Source: Blasia pusilla
Lineage: Eukaryota
Direction: 5' to 3'
Length of the DNA stretch: 64,000 nt
Assembly: GCA_050084515.1 (NCBI GenBank)
Contig: CM114271.1
Coordinates: forward strand, 35,898,001 to 35,962,000
The first letter of the stretch is position 1. The number at the start of each line of letters is the position of its first letter. Shown one piece after another: positions 1 through 11,329 of the stretch. A model generated the notes under the pieces. The model was not told the origin of the DNA. It saw nothing but the letters and a program-made list of their open reading frames with translations, and made no database searches. Both the position numbers and the translations under genes were made by a program.

Positions 1-1007
1 TGATTCGCAACGTGCTTCTTTTGAGAACTCAGAGAAATGGCATGAGTATCAATGGCGTTCACAAGGTGATGGTTTGTTTGGTAGATCAGTTGCCCCTCCG
101 GGATATAAAGGTCACACATCCCATGATGAGACCTCCTCAAGAAGAGAATGGGATGATGAGTGGAGAGGAAGAGAAACTCCCCATCTATATGGGATTGGGT
201 TGAATGGTATGGGCTTGCCCCAGAACAAGAGTTCAAATTGGGCAAGGGAGGGAAGATCCCAATCTCAAATGTTTGGGAACTTTCCACGACCAAGCTTGGA
301 AATGTATGCGGGATATCCCAAAGGATCAGATCCTTATGGTGTCCAAAGCCATGTACATGGAAGTGATCCAGGAAAAATTGGATTTGGACCATCGGAAAGT
401 TATAATCTGGGGAATCAGCAAAGACGTAGTAGGGACTTCATTCCAAACTATATATATCATAGTCAAGGCATCTCACAGCCATATCAGAATTCTAGTCATA
501 ACAAAGATCCAGCAGAGACCAACCAAGCACCCCATGGATATACTGAGTAGAAATGCTCTAAACACCCACCGTATGATGTAAGTACTATCTGATTTTAGGT
601 AAAGATTTCCTTGTTGTTTTAAAACCTTGCATATGTTGATGTTGAGTGAATTCCAAATCCTTGATTGGATTAGACCTAATTTACAAGTTTCCAAATGTTA
701 GTATTTAACATTCTTTCTTGTTTATTTTTTTAGAGATCTATGGAGTTTACAACCACTAGGAGTCAATCATGTACTACTCGACCTGGTACACATTCCATTC
801 ATGTTTTAGGTGCCACGTTTCATAACCAGGAGCGTTTGTATCAGTCCACCCCATCTCCAACAACTCACACTTTGGAAGTAGATTGCGCAAGGTCCTCTCC
901 CCAGTCTCTTTCTACCATAAGTCTCGCTTAGTGCGACGAGATCCATTTCCTCGTTTACCTACATGGATCATAGTGAAGATCAAGCAAACAAGGGTTCATC
1001 AAGAACA

Positions 1008-1732
1008 TCATATTGTAACAATATCAGAATAATCTGTTACTCTTGAAGAAACTAGTTTGCAAACTATAGCTATGTTGGGTAAATTATGTGCTCGTGTAAT
1101 ATTAAATAGGTGCATAACAAATGCCAACATTGATACTCTAGCACTGGAATAAAGAGGCTTACATGCATCAGCCATATCATCGTCTATATTTTTAGGGTCT
1201 TCATCCATGTCCATCTGATCATTGTTCCCATCTATTTCCCCACTATCCGATCTGCCTTCTTTGTCATGAAGATCACCGTATTGGGAAAAAAGTTCATTCA
1301 ATATTTTGTGCATATCAACTTCGTTATCTACGCCTTCTTGGTATGCTAGAGGTTGAGATTTGGTGAGATCTGCTGGCCCATCATGGTCTGCATATTCACA
1401 CGTTTAGCAAAATTCATGACAATGGCTTCATGTACTATTCTCTCATGCTCATCTTGTTTCAACTAGTCATCATCAGAGGAGTCCCATTATTCTCTACCTT
1501 TCCATATCCTACATAGAGAGAAACGTCGGTTTTTTCGTAAATGTTCCTCCACTTTGGGCAAGGAAATACTTCTTTGTCCTTTGCATACACTACAAGGACA
1601 CCTAACTTGCTTTATACCATCCCTTCTAGCATGAGCCTGCTCTCGGCACGAAATTTTAAAGTCATGTCGTGAAATTCTATCCATATGATTATGTGGTTGT
1701 CTACCCTTGCTGGCGCTCGGCGACTGGCTCAT
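1008..1732 (-). mobile_element. CACTA/En-Spm transposase (TnpD) N-terminal relic
   Basis: ORF 1487-1732 has the transposase-associated motif VRCPCSVCKG..L.KVEEHL. ORF 1008-1313 has ACKPLYSSARVSML..HLF, typical of the region preceding Transposase_21. The two are separated by stops or frameshifts. Confidence 0.7.
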
Positions 1733-2492
1733 GGTGATTTTGGCTAGTCATTAGGGGATGCAGAGCTTCTAATGAACCTCAAAATAGAAAAGAAAATGAT
1801 GATTAGCTCTATTGATCATATGGAGTTTTATGATTTCAATGACTTAAACATTCATCAATTTCAAATTTTGATAGAATTATAAGAGAATGAAAGTATATGT
1901 GTATTTTTCAGAGACTATAAGCTCCACTTGTCAACTGCAATACCACAAGATACATACATTATCCGGTCAATTTCAATGATTATTATGTCTGACATCTACA
2001 AACATGAAATGAGTCTACTCCTTATGTAAGCATAATGTATTTTTTAAAACAAACTTACTTCTTAGGAGAGCAATCCTTAAGGTTTCTGTGCAACCACTCG
2101 TCCTCCAATTTTGTATGTTTTGTATAGGCTGCACATACTTTTTCCCAACTACAATCCTGCCAATAAGCTAATGCTTTGGCCTCTTCAGGCCATCTTTGTT
2201 CCTCCTCTAGAGCAGCAAGAGCCTCATGAATGTAATGTTGGGCAGACTCTTCTTCTTGCTTCCTCAAATTTTCTTCAAATTGCACGATTTTCTCTAACTC
2301 AATCTCCTCCTCTTCTAGAGCCAATCGAATTGTAGACTTTTGAGACTGATCACTCAAAGTCTTTCCATTTACACTCTTTTCCACATGTCTTCATCCTCCT
2401 ATCTGAACATGAAACATGGTTATCACCTTACCATCAAAATCAACTAACACGAGCAACCTATGAGGGGCTCATCTCTACTTGTGAAACCCATA

Positions 2493-3070
2493 ACCAAAGC
2501 AGTGGTGAAGCAGACATAGCAAAACAGCATGGAAGAAGCACTGAAAACAAGAAGAATAGCAAGATGGGAACACAACTAAACTTCTACACCTTGACACATT
2601 TTGGGATGAAACCTATGGTCACTACTAAGGCTCTTACACAAAATTCATAACACAAAGAGCAAGAAAGCAAGAGCATGTGTTGATATTGCAAACTAGGTGA
2701 CACCATAATTGATAGTGTGAGCATTCACACTCTGTCATGCACTACCATCTGAGTATAGTCTCATTCTCTCTCTATATGTAGGGCCTGAACTATGGGAGCA
2801 AGATGAGAAACTATTAGTCGATACCAAAACCAAAGCAGTGAGCAAGTAGAACAACATGGAAGAAGCCATGAAACTACTTGGTCTCCTCCACAAAATTCAC
2901 AACACCATAGCAAAAGTATATGTTGAATTTTCTAAGCTGGTAACAACGGAATTGTTCGACACATTGTGGTGTAGCCCTAATTCTTTGTCCAAAGTTTTTG
3001 CACTGGAATGAAACCTATGGTCACTACTTGGTCTACTTTGCACAAAATTCATGATACATAGAGCAAGCTC
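2493..3070 (+). repeat. Diverged direct duplication (~2493-2670 and ~2829-3070)
   Basis: Shared blocks ACCAAAGCAGTG, CATGGAAGAAGC, ATGAAACCTATGGTCACTACT and CACAAAATTCAT occur in both copies. Confidence 0.65.
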
Positions 3071-3699
3071 TCGTATGTTGCATGTAGACATGATCAATAA
3101 ATTCTGCAATGCCAATCATCGAGAATCTGAGAATGCAAGATGTGTATTCTTCAACATAGCTTAGAAACAAGGCTACACTTTAGCATACCTGTGAACTTGC
3201 CTTCGTTACCTTCTTCACTTGCAAAACACATCCAATGTGTTTAGATACTTGTTGCTTTAGATCAAGCTAAACTTCACAGAGTTTCTAAATAGACACAAGC
3301 AGATCTTTTGGTGTCTGATACACAAAGTAAGAGTCCTTATTTGGAGACTATGTACCCTAAATCCTTCCATAAATCTGTTGCATTCAAAGCAGATCAGCAA
3401 TGGCTATTAACTCGAAAGTTGTTGAAAGTCACTTTATCACACCAAAGTCACATTACCTCAACATAGATTCAGTACTTCTTATCAAACATGATGCTATCTG
3501 AGATGATACTTCTCAGAGCTAGTCAATGTTAATTAGTCTACAATAGGTTCTGGTTTCTTGAGTACCTCCGATCTCAAATGTAGTCAGAATTGAGGAAAAT
3601 AGTGCTTCTACGTTGATTGTGGATGATGGTGTATTGAGAAGTAAACAACAGATCTGAAGTGTTTATAAATGGGAAACATTTATAGTTCTCCAGTGTAGT

Positions 3700-5990
3700 A
3701 TTAACTGCGTAACATCCATTCTGGATCAACTGATAGTTGATGGGACTAACATCAATGCAAAAGAGAATGTGTTAGATCTAATTCATAGCATGCCTCAAAG
3801 GTATAAAGGCTTTTTTTTATTTCTATTCAGGTTCAGCCCAATTTGACAAATGACAACTCTCATTCCTCAATTTTTGCAAGAGGAAACTTATAAGAAAAAT
3901 ATGGATGGGGATGCTAATTCATCAACAACACTCTCTATTAGGGGGAAGCAAAGATTCAATCAAGGCAGAGGAAACTAGAAGAAGATTTCTATCACATCAA
4001 TGCCCTGTTTCTATTGTAAGCAGTTAGGACACATGTTCAAGAATTGCCCTAAAAGACTGCAGAAACTAGAGTAGAGTAATATTGTTGAATCTAAACTCTA
4101 CACAACAACAATAAGTGCCTAAAATACTCCAAATACAGCTTGGTATGTGGTTAAAGGAGCTACTTAGCATATGGCTCACTACCTCAACACACGTTTCAAG
4201 CCAGAAATGCAGATCAACAATTATTGGTGTACTTGGGAGATGACACATCCCAGCCTATTCAAGGAACATGGTCTGTGTGCATCAAGCTTCTTAATGGAAT
4301 ACAAACTGTTGTCACGGCTGTGCTGTTTGTTTCTAGTCTCAAGAAGAATCTATTTTCAATGGATCACTTTGATCAAACAGAGGACAGGTCATAATCAAGA
4401 ATTGCCGATGCATGTAGTCTGAAATACAAAGTTGGGATAACAAAAGCAGAAAAGTAGATGTAAAATCTGAAGAAGGTACTCTTCTTGGTTACGACAAGCA
4501 AAGATAAGCATACATGTCGCAGAAGAAATTCAACAAGATTATCATTACCTATAGGGATGTAAGATTTCTAGAGGGCAACATGGCTTATGCTTGTCTGTGT
4601 GAAGAGAAGGACAAAGATAACTTTTTTGAGTTCGTGAAGGCTTAGGGAACAAGTTTAGTGGGATCCTTACCAACTCCAACATGGACTACCACTCAAGGAA
4701 TAGATGTAAAATCACCAAGTATGATCATTCCAAGCACTAGTACGAGTGCTAATGTGATTCCAAAATATATCATGCTTATTGATGCTGCACTCGAACAAGT
4801 TCAGATGGAGCCACGGATTGTTTACACAGAGTCCAACAACAGAATTCCAACAGAAGCAAGACTTGGACCAAGAAGACCTGAAAGGGTTTCAAGGCAAGTG
4901 CAGAAATATGATCCTGCACATCAAGAATTGCAGGCAAGGAATGTAAAGAAGGAGAAGTTAACTCGTGTGTTATTGAGTCAATTAGAGAATAATGTCCATA
5001 TTGAAGAACCCAAGACCTATAAAGACCCTCTTTGTGCAACAAGTAGTTCACTGGAGGGATGCAGTGGAGGAAGAGCTTAAATCCATGAAGTTGAATTGTT
5101 AAAACATGGTCATTCACCTCACTCCCACCAAGTAGAAAGGCCTTGGGATGTAAATGGGTTTTCAAAATCAAGTATAAGGCAGATGGGAGCATTGAAAAGT
5201 ACAAGCCAGATTAGGTTCAAAAGCCTATTCATAGATTTATGGTGTGGACTACACCAAGCCATCCTCCCCTATAGTCAACGCAATTTCAATTCGAGCTATG
5301 CTTGCTCTGGAAGCACACTTTGATCTTCAAGCACATTAGATGGATATAAAGACAACATTTCTGAATGGTAAATACTTAAAGAGGAAGATACATGGAGACG
5401 CCTAAGGGGATATCAGATCCTACTTGCCAAGTTCAAGTATGTAGACTTTACAGGTCCATTTGTTGACTGAAATATTTTCCAAGACTGTCATCAAATGATG
5501 GATAGTTTTCAGATCAAAGTAGGATTTTGAAGATCTGATAATGACACAAATGTGTATATTCTGAACAAGCAGGAAACTTTTGCTCAATTGGCGTGATGCA
5601 GAGATGATGCTAGACTCATTAGCAATTGTACACCATTGCTAAATCTATTCAGGACTTGATGAAGAAGGAGTTGAAAATGACAAATCAAGGAGAAATCCTT
5701 CATTTCCTTCAGATGGTAGCAACGGAAGGAAGGATGGATGGATTAGACTATCTCGCATTGAGATAATGTACTTGCATAAGTTAAATGCAAGATAGTCTAA
5801 TCCATCCATCCTTCCTTCTGTTGCTTCCATCTGAAGGAAACGAAGGATTTCTCCTTGATCTGTCATTTTCAACTCCTTCTTCATCAAGTTCCGAACAGAT
5901 TTAGCAATGGTGCACTTGTGCAAATACATTATTTACATAAATAATGTACTTGCAAAAGTTAAGATGTGTGATTACAACATTGCAATTGTA
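3700..5990 (+). mobile_element. Degenerate Ty1/copia LTR retrotransposon internal region (gag zinc knuckle, protease, RT; integrase largely missing)
   Basis: CFYCKQLGHMFKNC at 4006-4047; WYVVKGAT*HM (decayed WxxDSGATxHM) at 4141; EEPKTY; KTWSFTSLPPSRKALGCKWVFKIKYKADGSIEKYK at ~5100-5205; MDIKTTFLNG at ~5340-5369. Confidence 0.9.
5631..5912. repeat. Foldback inverted duplication, 129-bp arms (5631-5759 / 5784-5912) with a 24-nt loop
   Basis: The arms are direct reverse complements with scattered mismatches. The loop sequence recurs at 5941-5962. Confidence 0.95.
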
Positions 5991-6039
5991 GGACTTCCAG
6001 AAATACTTGGTTCCCAATCTCCCATGAAATTTTGAAACT

Positions 6040-6810
6040 CAGCTGATTGTTATGAAGTGATAGAGAAGTCAGCTTGTGGCAGTCGAAGAGTTCTCCCGGA
6101 ATTGGTCCAATAAGGGAGTTATTATTCAGTGCTAATGTCTATAGAGCAGTCAACCTTCTCAATTTGGTGGAAATTTAATCCTTATTTAGGTCCCGTAAGC
6201 TTTTTCTTGAAAAGGTTGAGTCCCTCCAATTTTACAAGCCCTGCAAAAGAAGAAGGCCAAAACTCTCCATCAAACTGATTCTTCGATTCTTTCATAGAAA
6301 TGAGGTCTGACAGATTACCAAATAACTCCAAAATATTCCCATGAAAATCATTCTTGTCTAGAGACAAATCGTGAAGTCGTAAAGATGGAATCCAAAGTGC
6401 CACTCAACTTATTCCTGCGTAGACTAAAAATTTTCAGTTTTTTCAACTTGAAGAGAGACGAAGGAATAGAGCCTTTCAAATCGTTGGCTGAGAAGTCCAC
6501 ATTCTTCAAGTTGCTAGAGTTTCCTATCTGATGAGGGATCGTTCCCACCAAACTTCTCACTCCATACAGATTTAGTAATCGTAGATTTTTGAGCTAATCA
6601 AATGCAACAAGCTACCACAGACAAATGGGAATGAGATTGGAGGTGACAAAGTCCCTTTCCACGCAAGACTACCAAGAATGTTGGGTGTGAGGAGGAGCAG
6701 GATATTAGCCTTAGAGTATTACGAAGCAAATTCCAGGTAGGTTGGGTAGGATGGGGAGAAAGTGAGATCTGTTTGACTTTCAAACAACTGTATCAAAGGC
6801 AATTAGAGAA
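6040..6810 (-). pseudogene. Plant extracellular-type LRR (RLK/RLP ectodomain) pseudogene fragment
   Basis: SLVGTIPHQIGNSSNLKNVDFSANDLKGSIPSSLFKLKKLKIFSLRRNKLSG; LSLDKNDFHGNI; LALNNNSLIGPIPGELFDCHKL. These fit the LxxLxLxxNxLxGxIP consensus and are split across frames. Confidence 0.85.
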
Positions 6811-7512
6811 CCAGAGGGTGCATGTAATACCCGAATTTTTTTTTCATAAGTTTCGTTGTCAATTTCCACAGGCGTGATCACCTCCTCGACATCTCCTAAA
6901 ATTGTATTCAAGTGCTGGATGTACGCCTGCTGATTACATTCCGTTACCATTAGAACGATATCTCCTCACTCTCCTCTCCTACAATTTAGGAGCCTCGATA
7001 TCATCATAACCTCCTTCCCGACCCTTAGAGAAATCTTGGGCTCTGGGTGCAAAACCCAAACCCTAACGGCCACATCATCATGCTACGTAATCCAAATGGG
7101 AGTCATTTCTTTTAACTCTCACTTATTTGAAAACCTTGACTAGATAACAATGACTCAGTGTGCCCTCCATGACTAAACAAATGATTCTATATGAAGCAAA
7201 AGGATTAAAAATGACTCCAAGAGTCATTGTGATGATTTTTGAGTCATGAAAAGCTTTTGAGTCATTAAGTATTGAGTCATAAAATCGGGTATTTCCTTCT
7301 AGTGATACCAAAACCTCCCATACCTTCATCTTCAAGCTAGGAATCATGATGATCTACTCTCTTCCCATCCATAATAATGTTCCATTCTAACTTCACTTAC
7401 CATTAACATCTTGACTTATTAACTCTCAAATCCAAACCCTCTTATAAATAATAATAATGAAGAAAGAGGGAAATTCCAAAATATGGGAATTAGGGAGTCT
7501 ATGGGGGTATCA

Positions 7513-8136
7513 AAATCACATTTTTTATAGAAGATCAATGAGTATCCGCAAGGTACCTTCAAGGAGGTTGGAGGAAAAATGCAAGAGGTCAAGGATAACA
7601 TATTAATGAAAAGTAAGGGTAACTTAAGAGAGCATGTTTCCCCTTGTTTTAGACTTATTTGGAACCATGTTGAGAAACTTATTATTTTAAGCAAGTCCCT
7701 CTTAGGAACATAGTTGAGTTTCCATTTGGAGAATTGATCCTTCATCCCCCTACTATAGGTCAAGAGCCAAGGAGGTAACCTTCAAGCACAAGTCACCAAG
7801 GAGAGAGCTTGGGAAGAGGGAAGGGATATATCCAAGGAGAGAGAGTTTCGGAGCTCATTTTCTCTTTGTTGAATCTTCTTTCTTGAACGAGTAGAGCTAT
7901 AGTCCTCCTTGCCTTATGAGTAACCTAGGCCTCTCACTATGAGAGTGGGTTTGGTTTCATATGAGAGAGACATGGAGTATATGAGAGATTTGATATCACT
8001 TGATTTAATTCGAGATATTTTGGAACATGGTCGTTTTTGTGTGAAGCTGTCATGAGGGAGTATGGTATCTTTTGTTTATGTCTTTGTGTTTGGTAACAAC
8101 AATGTATGTTGTGTAGCAATGTGTTAACACACAACA
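7513..8136 (+). mobile_element. Solo LTR, family A (diverged copy)
   Basis: Aligns by eye to 27631-28269 (GGTCAAGAGCCAAGGAGGT...GGAGAGAGCTTGGGA...CAATGTATGTTGTGTAGC) and ends in CACAACA. Confidence 0.75.
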
Positions 8137-9429
8137 AGGGAAACAAAGACCAAAGTGGATAATAACAAAAGTATATTCTAAAGAGAAAGGGTACAAAATA
8201 ATATTTAGGAATACTTAAATGCATTAAAAAAAAAGTTTAAGGGAACCAAATGGCTTGTTCATACCAAATATTCATCACTCTATTTAACTAGAGTACCACA
8301 CTGATCCCACATTGATCCCATACTACCCCTCTAGGTCCTCCACTCTATCTCCATCATGGTCCATTTGACGAGAAGATAAATAAGCAAAAAAAGGGTGCTC
8401 CTAAGGCTTAAGTTCTTAAAATATACAGCCACAAAAGACGTAAAATTTTCCAAAAGAAGATCCATGTTGTTAAAGATGATCAACAAAGAGGATTCTCGAT
8501 AGGGTAAATTATTTATGGGGCACTCAAAAGAGTTGGGACTTAATAGGTCTTCAAACATTTGAAGGATCCTCCAATCAAAGGATTTAAAAAGAGTAAGGAG
8601 GCTTCTAGACATTTACATGGTCCTAATGAGATATATAAGGTGTCTACCAAAACACTAGGAAGTAGCTTGAGGGTCATCAATCTTTGTGAGGCTATCAATA
8701 TGAAGCAGATCCTAAATAAGAGCCCCATTGGAAATCCTCATAGAGGCGATGTGGCTTGTAATGGGTGTCATGCTCGTACACATCATCATACAATCTACAT
8801 TGTAGCTCATATCAATACAATAAACATTGTGGATGTAGGTAGATCCATGTACATACAAAAATAAACTTATAAATGTATATCAAGATCACAAAAAATGAAG
8901 TAAAAATATCTTACATGGAAAACTCCACACTTGAATCTACATGCATATAGTCATCATTTGGCCCCTCTACTAAGGTTGCTACATCCTATTAGCTTGACAT
9001 AGTCAACCAACATAGGAAGGTAGACGCATGCTAATATGACACTAGCCCTAAATATAAACCCTAAATACCATGCCTAAGCCCGCCCAATGGCTCTACTGTG
9101 CGGGTCTGTTGTGGGCTACGCGCGAGCCAAAAAATGGGTAGATGTGGGCTCAGCTAGCCTGGGTCTATGCAACGGGATTGGATGCGGGCTGTCTGCACCC
9201 GAGCCCACACACACATGCCCCTGAACTTTTTTTGTGTGCAATCTTGTTTGTGTTGAACATGTGTTGCATTTCAACCCATTTTCATCCAAGGTCAAATGAC
9301 TTGACTTACAAATCACCTAAAAATTGCACTCATATAGTAATAGATCCTTCTTGGTAAGCTACCTAATACTCTTGTTGGTCTCTACCAACCACCTCAATAG
9401 TTTATGATGAATGATGATCATGCAAGGAT

Positions 9430-10975
9430 TTCCAAATAAATAGCATACATGTGAAATATATTATGTATGGCCCATATTGTAGCCAAGCACTCTCCCTCAT
9501 AGAAGTTGTACTTCATTTGTGCAATATTTTTCAATCGACTCGCATAAGCCACAAAAAAATCCCTTTGCTCGTTATCCTTTTGAGTGAGCATTGGTACCAG
9601 GCCCAACACACTTCGATCGGAATGTATCTCAAATAGATGACCTATAATAGGTTTCAAAAAAGGATCCACCATAGACACGGGCGATGTGCTCATGATCCTA
9701 CACTCGCCGCATCCAAAAACACTATTGGGTCAATCCATGCACGCACCTGATGTGCACTCTTCACCACCCGTGACCTCGAATCGCCCAAAATCGGTACATT
9801 CTCCAAAATGTAAGGTGGAGAACGAGACTGATGCTCCTGCAAGTTTTGCAAGATCCTCATCATCTCCCTAAAAACCTAGATCGAGTGTCAACTAACCTAC
9901 TACCTTATCTAGCACTCGACTGGCCCTGACACGTCCAACCTACAATGACCAAATCAATGGTCCCTACCTGCTCCAAGTCCTACGCCCCCAGCAACGAAAT
10001 ATCCCTCGATAGGGAACTCTCGTATCCTTGTACAGCCGACCCAGATAACAATTCAGAAAAACGGAGGCATAATTGCGCCATGTGTCATAGTGAAATGGGC
10101 ATTGCAAACTCATCAAGCTCAACATACAAATATTTTTGCACGTGCACTCTTGCTTGCAAAACAACAGCCAATCCACTACTGATTTCCAAATAGATCTAAC
10201 ACCCGAATACCCTCCTCTAGGATGCATGCGCCACACAATCATTGTGGTGTCCAAGGATGTCATAGAAGTACTCTTGGCTACCTCGGGTTCCTCTGACCCA
10301 TCACGCTCTGGTGCAAAGGTCTTACTCCACACCGTCTGCACATGCTCATCGGCCAAGCGTCGAAGCTCCTCACTCAATCAAGCCCCACAACAGCACCTCT
10401 CCTCCACGGAATGATGCGGCTACCATAACACTCCTCTCCCTAGAAGTTTCAGGCGTGGATGTGTCCACTGCATGGACATACCCCTCAATCAAATAACAAG
10501 GCCAAGTGATGGTGTTGGTTAATGTTGCTAATGTCGCTATCTCTCCTAGCCGTCGCTCGATCACTCCACCCGTGAATCGAACGTGTAACAAGCTAAGTCG
10601 CCCATCACCTGACTATCATACTAGTCTGTAGGATGTTGACTCTTCCCAATAATCCAGGTAAAACCCCATTGGGTATAACAGTGCTCTTCAACCAAGACGT
10701 CGTACGACTCGACATGAGTCACTCTTGCCTTGGCTCGCACCATGGACTCATCTAATGGATGTCTCGAGAAAATCCTCACCACAATCTCATGTCAAGTGAT
10801 AAATTGTGTTGTACTTGCTCCATCCAAAGATGTCTGTATCTTGAATGGAAAATGCTCCATATTGGCCCTTGTTAGGCCCAATCCTATAAATGCCACCTTT
10901 CCCAACATCAAGGGTTACGCTCTTGAATCCAACAAGACGCGTTGCGGAAAAAACACTTTACCTCTTGGACTCATT
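9430..10975 (-). mobile_element. Ty3/gypsy polyprotein relic: aspartic protease - linker - C5 DNA methyltransferase - (RT missing) - RNase H
   Basis: Protease FPQRVLLDSRA*PLMLGK (catalytic Asp at 10927-10929) and VTHVESYDVLV..YPMGFYLDYWEE. DNMT at 9663-10220. RNase H IHSDRSVLGL..LTQKD...FVAYASR...YEGECLATIWAI at ~9440-9660. Confidence 0.88.
9663..10220 (-). pseudogene. Retrotransposon-borne C5-cytosine DNA methyltransferase domain (DNMT3-like), degenerate
   Basis: Manual translation gives motif I GIRVLDLFG/ISSGL, motif II YLYVELD, motif III RDI, motif IV IDLVIVGWTCQGQSSA (Cys at 9929-9931), motif V LVDTRSRF, motif VI YILENVP (ENV at 9795-9803) and motif VIII LDAASVGS*AHRPCLWW. Two frameshifts and several stops interrupt it. 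Confidence 0.9.
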
Positions 10976-11329
10976 GAGGTGTTGTGGAGGGCTTATGCAA
11001 GAGTGGAGCGTCCCTCAGATTTTTTGGTGGATTCTATTGTGGATCTACGTCATCGATCACAAGTAGTGAGTTGACCGCCGTTGACTGTGATGAACAAGAT
11101 TGGCATGCCACGGGCAACCTTTCCCATCTTTGTGAGTTTTTCCGCTTCCTATGCATACAAGGAGGCCAGGCTTGGCTTGGTTTGAGATGACCAGGTATAG
11201 CGGTTGGTGGAGCCCAATGCCAATGAGCAACAACGAGCGATAGGATTTCCCACAAGAGTGACGACATCAGTTTCTTAGGAGTTATAGGAGTTTTTTTGCA
11301 TTTAGCATGCAAGATTTGGGTACGCTAAA

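Noticed and set aside
12-931. + strand ORFs with a plausible intron (GTAAGT at ~578 to TTTTAG at ~733)
   Set aside because: Low-complexity peptide with no recognisable domain, truncated by the window edge; it could be TE-derived, so no product is assigned.
6823-7100. TGTAATACCC, a typical LTR start
   Set aside because: No matching LTR end, TSD or second copy was found.
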